From positions 33,499 to 80,103 of the forward strand of contig CAYYQL010000009.1 in assembly GCA_964473825.1 (NCBI GenBank): a stretch of DNA of 46,605 nucleotides, in the 5' to 3' direction. The notes beneath the pieces were generated by a model, which saw nothing but the letters and a program-made list of their open reading frames with translations, did no database searches and was not told where the DNA came from. Made by a program: the position numbers and the translations under genes. Positions 9,739-18,413 of this stretch are shown here, in pieces (the stretch's first letter is position 1; every line of letters begins with the position of its first letter). The stretch is from an uncultured archaeon. Its GTDB lineage: Archaea > Asgardarchaeota > Thorarchaeia > Thorarchaeales > Thorarchaeaceae.

Positions 9739-10017
9739 CTATCCATAGCGGAACTTTACACCAAAGGTGCCACGCGGGTAGTTCCAATCCACGGCTCCGT
9801 ATGGGCAGATGACTCTACAGGTACCACACTCAATGCAGTCTTCGTACTGGAATTGCATCTCCTCATCCTCATACTTGAAGCAGTTAGCAGGGCAACCGAC
9901 AATACAAGGCCGGTGCTTGCATTCTTCGCAAATCTCCTTTGATATCTGGATATGAGGATGTTCCGCATCAATCTTGTAACGCAGCAGTCCCAGCTTGTCT
10001 TCAATGCGTTTCGTCAT
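9739..10017 (-). CDS. fixX: FixX-type ferredoxin
   Basis: CEECKHRPCIVGCPANC and CIECGTCRVICP, C-terminal WNYPRGTFGVKFRYG typical of FixX; overlaps the fixC stop. Confidence 0.9.
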   Translation of the reverse strand: MTKRIEDKLGLLRYKIDAEHPHIQISKEICEECKHRPCIVGCPANCFKYEDEEMQFQYEDCIECGTCRVICPYGAVDWNYPRGTFGVKFRYG

Positions 10018-11300
10018 AGACCACGAATCAACTCCAGACCGTCTTTTACCAGGTGAGGCAGAGATATGTCTGACAGGAATCTGATTATCGCGCGAGGCAC
10101 GAGCCTCTGTCGGGGTACGAGGTCAGATGTAAAGGAGTCTCTGGCTAGACCCATTATCACTGAAGGATAGTCAGAATAGAGTCGAGGATTCCCAAACACA
10201 GCGGTCAGGTGTTTGTACGTCCTGAAGTCCTTCACGATGAAGTTCCTCCGTAGGATTCGATCATACTCACGAAGCGAACGCTTTGAGAAGTCATTTTTCT
10301 TGTGCGCCCTGAGAATAGCCTTTGCAGCGGCCATGCCTGAACCGATAGCGTAGTTCATCCCTTCAAATGAGAACCCCAAGTTCAAGACTAAGCCTGCTGC
10401 GTCACCAACCACAATAATACCATCATCAGAAAGCTTCCGTATTGCACCATAGCCGCCCTCCGGGACGAGGTGAGCAGAATACTCTAGCAAGAGACCATCA
10501 CGAATGGCACGGCTAACGATTGGCGTAGACGTGAACTTGTTTATGATTTCCTTTGAGTCGATTTGGGCTCTTTGGAACCCGGTTATGAGAACGACAACTC
10601 CTACTGAAACAGACGCCCGGTTGGTGTAGAGGAACCCGCCACCTGGAATACCGCCTGTCACGCCCAAAAATGAGTGAGCAACGCCATCAGTACCAAGAAG
10701 TCCAAATCTCTCGTTGATGGTCTCCTCGGAGATACCATATACCTCCTTGATGCCCAGAGCAACCTGGTGAGTCTCGGGTTTCTTTCTGAGACCAGCATCT
10801 TCAGCAACCAATGAGTTGACACCATCAGCGGCAATGACGACCTTTGATTGAACCACTTCGTCGCCCGAACGGATGCCGACAACATGGCCGTTCTCTCTTA
10901 TGACTCCGTCGACTCGCACACCCTCGACCAGCAGCGCACCCGCTTCTTCGGCCTTTGAGGCAAACCACCTGTCAAAGTCGGGTCGAATAACTGAGAATCC
11001 ATTATAGGGTTCCTCAGCCAAAGAATCGTCGGTATAGTCTACAGTCAGGCTGGCCTCATTGTCAACCATACTGACCCGGTGAGTCCTAATGATCCGTTCG
11101 ATGGGTGCCTCCTCCCAGAATCGAGGAATCAGTTTGTGCAGGATTCGGCCGAAAAGTACTCCCCCAGACACATTCTTATCACCAGTCTTCTCTCCCCTTT
11201 CAATCAGGGTCACATCAAGTCCAGACTTTGCTAAGGCATATGCCGCCGCACACCCGGCAGGACCAGCACCAACAACAATCACATCAGGTTCATCAGCCAA
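10014..11300 (-). CDS. fixC: FixC-like FAD-dependent ETF:quinone oxidoreductase
   Basis: VVGAGPAG, IERG...KNVSGG, APIER, FDRWF, LGIKE, GGGFLYTN, EYSAHLVPEGG, VGDAAG. Start is either TTG 11300 (SD GAAGTGAT) or GTG 11309. Confidence 0.9.
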   Translation of the reverse strand: MADEPDVIVVGAGPAGCAAAYALAKSGLDVTLIERGEKTGDKNVSGGVLFGRILHKLIPRFWEEAPIERIIRTHRVSMVDNEASLTVDYTDDSLAEEPYNGFSVIRPDFDRWFASKAEEAGALLVEGVRVDGVIRENGHVVGIRSGDEVVQSKVVIAADGVNSLVAEDAGLRKKPETHQVALGIKEVYGISEETINERFGLLGTDGVAHSFLGVTGGIPGGGFLYTNRASVSVGVVVLITGFQRAQIDSKEIINKFTSTPIVSRAIRDGLLLEYSAHLVPEGGYGAIRKLSDDGIIVVGDAAGLVLNLGFSFEGMNYAIGSGMAAAKAILRAHKKNDFSKRSLREYDRILRRNFIVKDFRTYKHLTAVFGNPRLYSDYPSVIMGLARDSFTSDLVPRQRLVPRAIIRFLSDISLPHLVKDGLELIRGL

Positions 11301-11330
11301 TAGAATCACTTCTTCATTGGATAGAGCAGT

Positions 11331-12833
11331 CTAGGCTACTTTGAGGTCCTCCTTGATGAGACCCGTCGTGATATCCGCACTCATGATAACACTGGGGACA
11401 CCTGCGCCAGGATGAGTTCCAGCGCCAACCAGATACAGTCCTTTGATATCTCGAGAACGATTATGAGGTCTGAACCAGCCAGACTGAAGGAGAATAGGAC
11501 GAAGGCTGAAGCCAGTTCCCTTATACGCATTGAATTCGGTCTTGTAGTCCTCCGGTGTAAAGATGCTCACAACATCTAGATTATCAAGAAGACCTGGCAA
11601 GACACGACTGTCAAGCGTGCTGAAGATATGATCCTTGAATTCTTCCTTCTTGTCATCCCAGTTGGTGTTTGAGTCCAAGTTGGTCACAGGTGTGCAGGCG
11701 TACATGGCTTCGCACCCAGGAGGTGCAAGCTCAGAATCCGTACGTGTGGGAATATGTAGATATGTTGAGAAATCATCGGGTATCACGTGGCGTTTGAAGA
11801 TATCTTTGATGAGACCCTTGTAGCGGGGTCCGAAGACGATGCTATGATGTGTCATGTCTGGATACTGCTTCTTCACTCCGAAATAGAGCATGAATAAACT
11901 CATGCTGTACTTTGCCTTTCTGTATCGCCTGTCACTATTCTTCTTCCGATGCTTACTGCTGATAAGATCCATGTAGGTGTGAGCGACATCAGCATTTGAT
12001 ATCACAACGTCTGCATCATAGTACTCACCATCTATGGTCTCAACACCCTTGACTCGCTTACTCTCGGTGACATCAATCGAACGCACTTCAGAGTTCAGTT
12101 TGACAGTTCCACCCAGCTCTTCGAACAGCGTGGTCATAGCCTCTATTAGCTTGTGAGTGCCTCCGCGAACCCACCAAACACCGTGTTTCTCCTCTATGTA
12201 AGTAATCAGGGTGTAGATTGCAGTTGCTTCGAATGGGTCGCCCCCAATAAACAGAGGGTTGAATGAAAGCGCCATCCTGAGACGCGGATCTTTCACGTGA
12301 CTCGCTACGAAGCCATAGACAGACTTGTATGCCTTGTGTCTTATGCCGGCAGGTGCCACTTTTGCCATGCTAAGCAGACTGTCAAAGGCCATAGAGCCAA
12401 ACTTCTCGAATCCCAGTTCATAGATTGGCTTGACCTTCTCGAGGAAATTTCTGTAACCCTCTACATCCTTCGGGTTGAAGTTGTGAACCTGCTCAATGTT
12501 GTCTTCATAGCCAGAGTACTCCATCTGGGTCCCGTCGCTGAAATACAGACGATACTTCGGGTCAACACGCATCAGCTCCACATAGTCGGAGGTTTCTCGA
12601 CCTGCTGCGTGGAATAGGTCATCAATCAGAAACGGTGGAGTAATGATGGTAGGCCCCGTGTCGAAGGTATAGCCAGCCTTTCTGAATACACTTGCCCTAC
12701 CACCAAGCTGACTGCGTTTTTCAAGGAGGGTCACCGGATAGCCTGTGGCTTGCATCCGAATAGCAGCCGAAAGACCACCGAGACCGCCACCTATTACAAT
12801 CACATTTTCGTCCTTTTGGTCAATGCTTGCCAA
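11331..12833 (-). CDS. crtI: Phytoene desaturase (CrtI family)
   Basis: IGGGLGG FAD motif, GGRA...FDTGPTIIT, SMSLFMLYFG, HHSIVFGPRY, QSGWFRPHN, LYLVGAGTHPGAGVP; TTG start with SD GAGGAG. Confidence 0.92.
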   Translation of the reverse strand: MASIDQKDENVIVIGGGLGGLSAAIRMQATGYPVTLLEKRSQLGGRASVFRKAGYTFDTGPTIITPPFLIDDLFHAAGRETSDYVELMRVDPKYRLYFSDGTQMEYSGYEDNIEQVHNFNPKDVEGYRNFLEKVKPIYELGFEKFGSMAFDSLLSMAKVAPAGIRHKAYKSVYGFVASHVKDPRLRMALSFNPLFIGGDPFEATAIYTLITYIEEKHGVWWVRGGTHKLIEAMTTLFEELGGTVKLNSEVRSIDVTESKRVKGVETIDGEYYDADVVISNADVAHTYMDLISSKHRKKNSDRRYRKAKYSMSLFMLYFGVKKQYPDMTHHSIVFGPRYKGLIKDIFKRHVIPDDFSTYLHIPTRTDSELAPPGCEAMYACTPVTNLDSNTNWDDKKEEFKDHIFSTLDSRVLPGLLDNLDVVSIFTPEDYKTEFNAYKGTGFSLRPILLQSGWFRPHNRSRDIKGLYLVGAGTHPGAGVPSVIMSADITTGLIKEDLKVA

Positions 12834-12876
12834 TTGCTCTCCTCCTCTAACTCATAACATAATTATGAAGAAAGGC

Positions 12877-13836
12877 CTAACTGACTTGAATGGCTTCTTG
12901 CTCCTTCTTCTCCCTCACGTACTCGCGTCGGCATTTGAAAGCAATCAGGAGCTTCTTCCACTTGGGAACAACTGCCCGCTTCCTGAAGACATCATAGTCC
13001 ATGCTCTCAATCTCGTTCATGATTGCCGCATACACCCTGCTGGCCACTCTCACGGTAAATGCACCTGCCGGCGGCAAGTCATCTGTCCCTACCTCTGCAC
13101 GGGCGTAGATTTGCCTTGCACGGGCAATCTCGGACTTGATCATACGTTTGAAGTTGGGACTGGCAGTCTTGTTCTCGAAATCCGAACGGCTAACCCTGAA
13201 CCGTTCTCGAACATCATGGGGTATGTAAATTCTACCGTTCTCAAAATCCTCTTCGATATCCCTCAGGATGTTTGTCAGTTGAAGGGCAATTCCCAGATCC
13301 GCAGCCCTGTCGAGAGTCTGTTGTTCGGTTCTGCCCCATACATGACACATCATGATCCCCACTGTCGATGCGACATGATAGCAGTAGTCGTAAAGCTCGT
13401 CCTCATCCTTCACATCACGTATTGAGAGGTCCATCCGCACCCCTTCGACGAGCTCGTGGAGGTACTCGACCGGAATCTTGTACTTAACCATGGTGTCGCC
13501 AAAGGCTCGGAACAAAGGATGATTGAATACCTCGCCCCGGGACAGACGGAGTGCTACCTCTTTCAGGATATCCAACTCTCTGTCGACTTGCTCTCGGGAC
13601 ATGTCGGTCTCATCAGCAAAATCATCTGCGAGTCGACAGAACCCGTATAGTGCAGCGAAAGCGCGACGTTCTGGATCCTCCAGGTATCGGGACGAAAAAT
13701 GAAAGGATCGTGCATGAAGCTTGAAGACGTTCATGCAGTAGTCATAGCTCTCCTCCAAGTCAAGCGGCTCGCTGCTTCGAGTCTCGAATACCTCCGAGGG
13801 AAGTACTGCCATATGGGCAGTGTAATCACTGGGCAT
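12877..13836 (-). CDS. crtB: Phytoene synthase
   Basis: ARSF, ALYGFCRLADDFAD, YCYHVASTVG, LGIALQLTNILRDIEED...GRIYIP. Confidence 0.93.
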   Translation of the reverse strand: MPSDYTAHMAVLPSEVFETRSSEPLDLEESYDYCMNVFKLHARSFHFSSRYLEDPERRAFAALYGFCRLADDFADETDMSREQVDRELDILKEVALRLSRGEVFNHPLFRAFGDTMVKYKIPVEYLHELVEGVRMDLSIRDVKDEDELYDYCYHVASTVGIMMCHVWGRTEQQTLDRAADLGIALQLTNILRDIEEDFENGRIYIPHDVRERFRVSRSDFENKTASPNFKRMIKSEIARARQIYARAEVGTDDLPPAGAFTVRVASRVYAAIMNEIESMDYDVFRKRAVVPKWKKLLIAFKCRREYVREKKEQEAIQVS

Positions 13837-14097
13837 CTATCATCCACACACCTCTCTCATCTAATCGCGCAGAAACCATAGCAGACCCGTTCTAAAGAAT
13901 CTTGCTTCGCACAAGCTGTCCTGCGGTTTGCAGTTTTCTGCGTATGTTTATTATTAAACTGTTAGTTCCTGCCCTATGGATATTGTCGATTTCCGGTGCC
14001 AACCCTGTGGTTTCTTCACCGTCTGAGAATATTCTGAGGAACGGTTATTAGAAGACCGAGACATCATAGCAGCAGCTCAGGGAGGCTTTGAGTCAGG

Positions 14098-15564
14098 ATG
14101 AAGGTAATAATAGTTGGTGCTGGGATCGGAGGTCTCTCGCTTGCAGCACTCTTAGGCAAGAGAGGTCACGATGTCACAGTCATTGAGAAGAATGAACAGC
14201 CCGGGGGTCGGGCAAGAGTATGGGAAAGAGAGGGATTCGTCTTTGACATGGGACCATCCTGGTATCTGATGCCGGAAATCTTCGACCATTATTTCGAGCA
14301 TTTCGGGAAGAAAACCGAAGACTTCTATGAATTGATACGCCTGAACCCATCATACAGGATATTCTTCCCAGAGTCCACGATTGATATCTCAGCAGACCTC
14401 GAAGAGAACATGGAGCTCTTCGAGAGATTGGAGGAGGACGGGGCGGAAAAACTCAGGAAGTATTTGGACCAAGCACAAGAGAAGTATGAATACTTGCTCG
14501 ACGGGCTGATGTACGAGGATCTCTCTGGAATAACAGCTATGCTTAATCCCAAACTGATGGCAGCTGGATGGAAGCTCAGCATCCTCTCCAATATTGACAA
14601 ACTCACGAAGAAGTATTTCGATAGTGAGCGTGCGAGAAAAATCCTGCAGTATTCCATCGTCTTCTTGGGCGGGAATCCAAAGAACACCCCGGCTCTCTAT
14701 TCGATGATCTCACACATCGACTTTAATCTGGGTGTATGGTATCCCTACGGAGGATTGGGCAAGATTGTGGATGCAACGCTTGGTCTCGCAAAGCAGTATG
14801 GAGTTGAGTTTCGATTTGGAGAAGAAGTCAGGGATATCGTTATCGAGGACAAGATTGTCAAGCGAGTCATCACAGACAAGGGCGAGTACGAGGGTGATGT
14901 GGTGGTGTCAAATGCAGACTATCCCCACACGGAAATCGACCTGATTGATGAAGACTACGAGACATATTCTGAAGATTACTGGGAGAGCAAGACCATTGCT
15001 CCCTCTGCCTTTGTGTTGTATCTCGGACTTGACAAGAAGATTGATGCTCTCACGCATCACAATGTCATATTGGATCATGATTGGGTGAAGCATTTTGAAC
15101 AGATCTTTGAGAACCCCTCTTGGCCCGATGAGCCAGCCTACTATCTGTGTTGTCCATCAAGAAAGGACGACAGCGTAGCCCCAGAGGGCAAAGAGAACAT
15201 CTTCGTCACCATTCCGATTTCACCCGGCATCGAGGACACACCTTCGATTCGCGAACGCTACTTCGACAAGATTGTTTCTCATATGGAGAAGGTTTTGAAG
15301 ACGAATATCAAGAACCATATAATTGTTAAACGAATCTTCTCTCTCAACGACTTCGCTGAAGACTACAATGCATACAAGGGCACGGCAGTAGGGTTGACAC
15401 ATTCATTCAGACAGTCTGCATTCTTCAGACCAAGACACAAGAGCAAGAAGGTCAAGAATCTCTACTATAGCGGTCAATATACCCACCCAGGCATAGGCGT
15501 TCCCATGGTGCTCATATCCGCAGAAATCGTCGCAGACCTCATCGACGAAGACTATAACGAATGA
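14098..15564 (+). CDS. crtD: CrtI-family desaturase, probably carotenoid 3,4-desaturase (CrtD) given its position before lyeJ-cruF
   Basis: VGAGIGG, FDMGPSWYLMP, VFLGGNP...PALYS, GTAVGLTH, QYTHPGIGVPMVLIS. The family call is secure; CrtD versus a second CrtI rests on gene order. Confidence 0.75.
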   Translation: MKVIIVGAGIGGLSLAALLGKRGHDVTVIEKNEQPGGRARVWEREGFVFDMGPSWYLMPEIFDHYFEHFGKKTEDFYELIRLNPSYRIFFPESTIDISADLEENMELFERLEEDGAEKLRKYLDQAQEKYEYLLDGLMYEDLSGITAMLNPKLMAAGWKLSILSNIDKLTKKYFDSERARKILQYSIVFLGGNPKNTPALYSMISHIDFNLGVWYPYGGLGKIVDATLGLAKQYGVEFRFGEEVRDIVIEDKIVKRVITDKGEYEGDVVVSNADYPHTEIDLIDEDYETYSEDYWESKTIAPSAFVLYLGLDKKIDALTHHNVILDHDWVKHFEQIFENPSWPDEPAYYLCCPSRKDDSVAPEGKENIFVTIPISPGIEDTPSIRERYFDKIVSHMEKVLKTNIKNHIIVKRIFSLNDFAEDYNAYKGTAVGLTHSFRQSAFFRPRHKSKKVKNLYYSGQYTHPGIGVPMVLISAEIVADLIDEDYNE

Positions 15565-15595
15565 TTGCAGCAGGAAGGATTGGTGACTAGACAGG

Positions 15596-16489
15596 ATGAC
15601 AAGTCTATTGCACCTTGCATACAGGGTATCCAGAGTGAGATTCTGGTTATATCTCGGTGGCACATACCTGGTTGGATACATGATTGGAGTGGCTAACACG
15701 TACCTCCTACCTGAACCTTCTTTCTCAGTGCTATGGAAATTTGTTGATCCGTTCTTTGTGTTACATCTCATCTATTTCATACTCCCCGCAAACATCTTTC
15801 TGTACGGAGTCAATGATATCTCCGATAAGGACACAGATGCTTTCAATCCTAAGAAGAACGACAAGGAATACCGCGCTGTCAAACAAGACGAGAGGAAGCT
15901 CTATGGACTTGTCTTCGTTTCATTTCTTTATGGAGCGGTTCTCGTCGCATTCCAACCCACAATGGTCGCCCGATTCATCTTCCTTTCTTGGATGGCCCTC
16001 TCATTCTTGTACAGTGCACCACCACTGAGATTGAAGGCGAGACCAGCACTTGACTTCTTGAGCAATATGCTCTATGTACTTCCCGCCATTCTGGCGTTTC
16101 ACCAGTTGACCCTCGATATTCCACCGATTTTGCCGCTGCTCGCGGCATTCTCATGGGCTTGGGCTATGCATCTGTTCTCTGCGATTCCTGATATCGAGGC
16201 AGATAGGAAGGCTGGCATCCAGACGACAGCAGTGGTTCTTGGAAAAAGACTGTCGCTCGTGCTCTGTTTCATCTTCTGGACTTTCTTTGCAGGAACTCTG
16301 GTCTTCATTGTGCAGTGGAATCTTCCTTTCAGTCTCCTAGCACTTGTGTATCCAGCCATTCCGATATATGTTCTTGCCAGACCTGAAACTGATATCGAGA
16401 GAGTATACTGGTACTATCCATACTTTACGGGAGTGTTTGGAATGGTGATTTTCTTCAGCGTTGGCCTTCCCTTGGTGATACCGCTATGA
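15596..16489 (+). CDS. lyeJ: Lycopene elongase/hydratase (UbiA-family prenyltransferase, LyeJ/CrtEb type)
   Basis: SRVRFWLYL, NIFLYGVNDISDKDTDAFNPKK, YSAPPLRLK.RP.LD..SN, MHLFSAIPDIEADRKAGIQTTA; multi-TM. Confidence 0.88.
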   Translation: MTSLLHLAYRVSRVRFWLYLGGTYLVGYMIGVANTYLLPEPSFSVLWKFVDPFFVLHLIYFILPANIFLYGVNDISDKDTDAFNPKKNDKEYRAVKQDERKLYGLVFVSFLYGAVLVAFQPTMVARFIFLSWMALSFLYSAPPLRLKARPALDFLSNMLYVLPAILAFHQLTLDIPPILPLLAAFSWAWAMHLFSAIPDIEADRKAGIQTTAVVLGKRLSLVLCFIFWTFFAGTLVFIVQWNLPFSLLALVYPAIPIYVLARPETDIERVYWYYPYFTGVFGMVIFFSVGLPLVIPL

Positions 16490-17298
16490 GCAGATTCAAG
16501 GAGGTTTTGGTCACAGGAAGATTCGCAAAGAGGAACGTGTTCTTTCTCATCTTTTCTGTGGCATTTTTTCTGGCAAGCTGGCTCGTCGCCAATGTTAGCA
16601 TCGGGGAAGCAGTGAACTGGGTATCAGCACTGTTTATTGTGATTATTGCATTGCCATCCTACTACTACCTCATTAGATGGGCGGGAGTAAGTAAAGGGGC
16701 CACGGTGATAGTTGTTCTAGGAGCTCTCCCTGTCATCATCGAGGCCATCGGCATCACCACAGGACTACCTTACGGAGGCTTCTACTACACAGATATGATG
16801 GGTTTCAAGATCTTCAATCTCGTGCCGTGGAGCGTCGCCCTTGCATTTGGGCCGCTAGTACTAGGGACAATGTGTCTTGCAGTAGTGGCCTCAAAAGACT
16901 GGCGAGTCATCATCCCACTCAGTGCCCTGCTTCTTGTTTTCGTTGATCTTGTCCTTGATCCTGCAGCAGTTGTGCTCAACATCTGGGTGTGGACTGAGCC
17001 AGGACCATATTACGGGATACCACTTACCAACTATACAGGATGGTTCATCACAGCTCTAGTTGCATCAGCAGTTCTACAATTAGTCCTGACGGGCACTTCA
17101 GACAATGCAGCGGAGATTCCTGTTGAGATCGCGGGGAGCCTTCTCATCAGCCTGTCATTCTGGACAGGGTATTCACTATGGACGGGCCTCTGGATCCCAG
17201 TGCTAATCGGCGCATTGATGCTAGGGGGGATATTCCATGTTATCACTTCTCAAGATGTGGAGCTCATCCCTTTAAGTGAAATATCAGAAGCCCTCTAA
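16486..17298 (+). CDS. cruF: Carotenoid 2'',3''-hydratase (bisanhydrobacterioruberin hydratase, CruF family)
   Basis: EAIGITTGLPYGGFYY, VPW, DLVLDPAAV, W.W, YYGIPLTNYTGW; ATGA overlap with lyeJ. Confidence 0.88.
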   Translation: MSRFKEVLVTGRFAKRNVFFLIFSVAFFLASWLVANVSIGEAVNWVSALFIVIIALPSYYYLIRWAGVSKGATVIVVLGALPVIIEAIGITTGLPYGGFYYTDMMGFKIFNLVPWSVALAFGPLVLGTMCLAVVASKDWRVIIPLSALLLVFVDLVLDPAAVVLNIWVWTEPGPYYGIPLTNYTGWFITALVASAVLQLVLTGTSDNAAEIPVEIAGSLLISLSFWTGYSLWTGLWIPVLIGALMLGGIFHVITSQDVELIPLSEISEAL

Positions 17299-17369
17299 GT
17301 TATGACCAAATCGTAACGACTAATAGCAGATCAGTTGAATGAATCGAAACTGGAAATGGAGAGAATCAT

Positions 17370-18395
17370 ATGTCAAGACAATCCCCTCCAGCATCCTCTG
17401 AGACCGAGCCCGAACAGAGCTCGATGCAGCTACTGCTTCAGAACGAGACCATTGAAGAGAGGATGCGTATGATTGATGAGTTCATCGAGGGATATTTGGA
17501 GGATAATGTCGGTGAACCCGAAGTCCTGTATGAGGCGGCATACCATCTGATACGGGCGGGAGGTAAGAGAATGAGGTCATTGATCATGGTTCTGGCATGT
17601 GAATCGGTTGGAGGTAGGACCTTAGATGCCTTACCTCTTGCATTGGCTGCCGAACTCCTTCAGACTGCCAGTCTGATCCACGATGATATCATTGATGAAG
17701 ACTCATTCCGAAGAGGCGTCAAGACCGTACATGATGTGTTTGGAGTGAAGATGGCAATCCTTGCTGGGGACCTCCTCATCTCTCAGGCAGTGAGACTGCT
17801 GGGCAAGCATGGAAGTTCGAATCTCCTTGAGCATATGGGAGAGGGTGGAGGCAAGATGTGTGAGGGGGAGGCAACAGACCTTCTCATGAATCCAAACCAT
17901 GAAGAGGCCTATAACGAAGAGACGTACCTCCGTATGATAGAGAGAAAGACTGTGGCATTTGTTGAGGAAGCAGCCAGAACAGGAGTTCTTGTCGGACGAG
18001 GTAGTGATGAACAGATGCGGTCGCTCCTCGAATATGCTAGGTCACTTGGTTTTGCATTTCAGATACGAGATGATATACTGGATTTGGAGGAGAGCCTAGT
18101 ACTCTCAGGGAAGACGCATCATTCAGACCTCAGGCTACAACGAGGCAATTACGTTGTATTGTCAGCCTTGAGTATGCTTGATAACAAGGGAAGAAGAAAA
18201 CTACTTGATTCATTACTGAACCGAGAGACTGAAGTTGTTCTTGAGATGCTGAGGAATACCCACGCATTTCAGAGAGCCCGAAGAGAAGCACAAGAATATG
18301 TACAGCGAGCGAAGCGAGCCCTTCGCGAGAGTAGTCTTGGCAATACAAATGCCCTTCTCAAGATAGCTGATTTCGTTCTTGACCGCTTCCACTAG
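17370..18395 (+). CDS. Trans-polyprenyl diphosphate synthase
   Basis: GGKRMR, FARM ASLIHDDIID...RRG, AILAGD, KT, SARM FQIRDDILD. Confidence 0.92.
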   Translation: MSRQSPPASSETEPEQSSMQLLLQNETIEERMRMIDEFIEGYLEDNVGEPEVLYEAAYHLIRAGGKRMRSLIMVLACESVGGRTLDALPLALAAELLQTASLIHDDIIDEDSFRRGVKTVHDVFGVKMAILAGDLLISQAVRLLGKHGSSNLLEHMGEGGGKMCEGEATDLLMNPNHEEAYNEETYLRMIERKTVAFVEEAARTGVLVGRGSDEQMRSLLEYARSLGFAFQIRDDILDLEESLVLSGKTHHSDLRLQRGNYVVLSALSMLDNKGRRKLLDSLLNRETEVVLEMLRNTHAFQRARREAQEYVQRAKRALRESSLGNTNALLKIADFVLDRFH

Positions 18396-18413
18396 GACTA
18401 TGCCGGAGTTAGC

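Noticed and set aside
12745-13425. 226-aa plus-strand ORF and other long antisense ORFs (e.g. 8793-9359, 22690-23322, 44341-44904)
   Set aside because: They overlap well-supported genes on the opposite strand and have no motifs.
15596-16489. DGGGP synthase (archaeal lipid UbiA) as an alternative call
   Set aside because: The motifs (SR.RFWLY, NPKK, MHLFSAIPDI) and the position between a desaturase and cruF fit LyeJ better.
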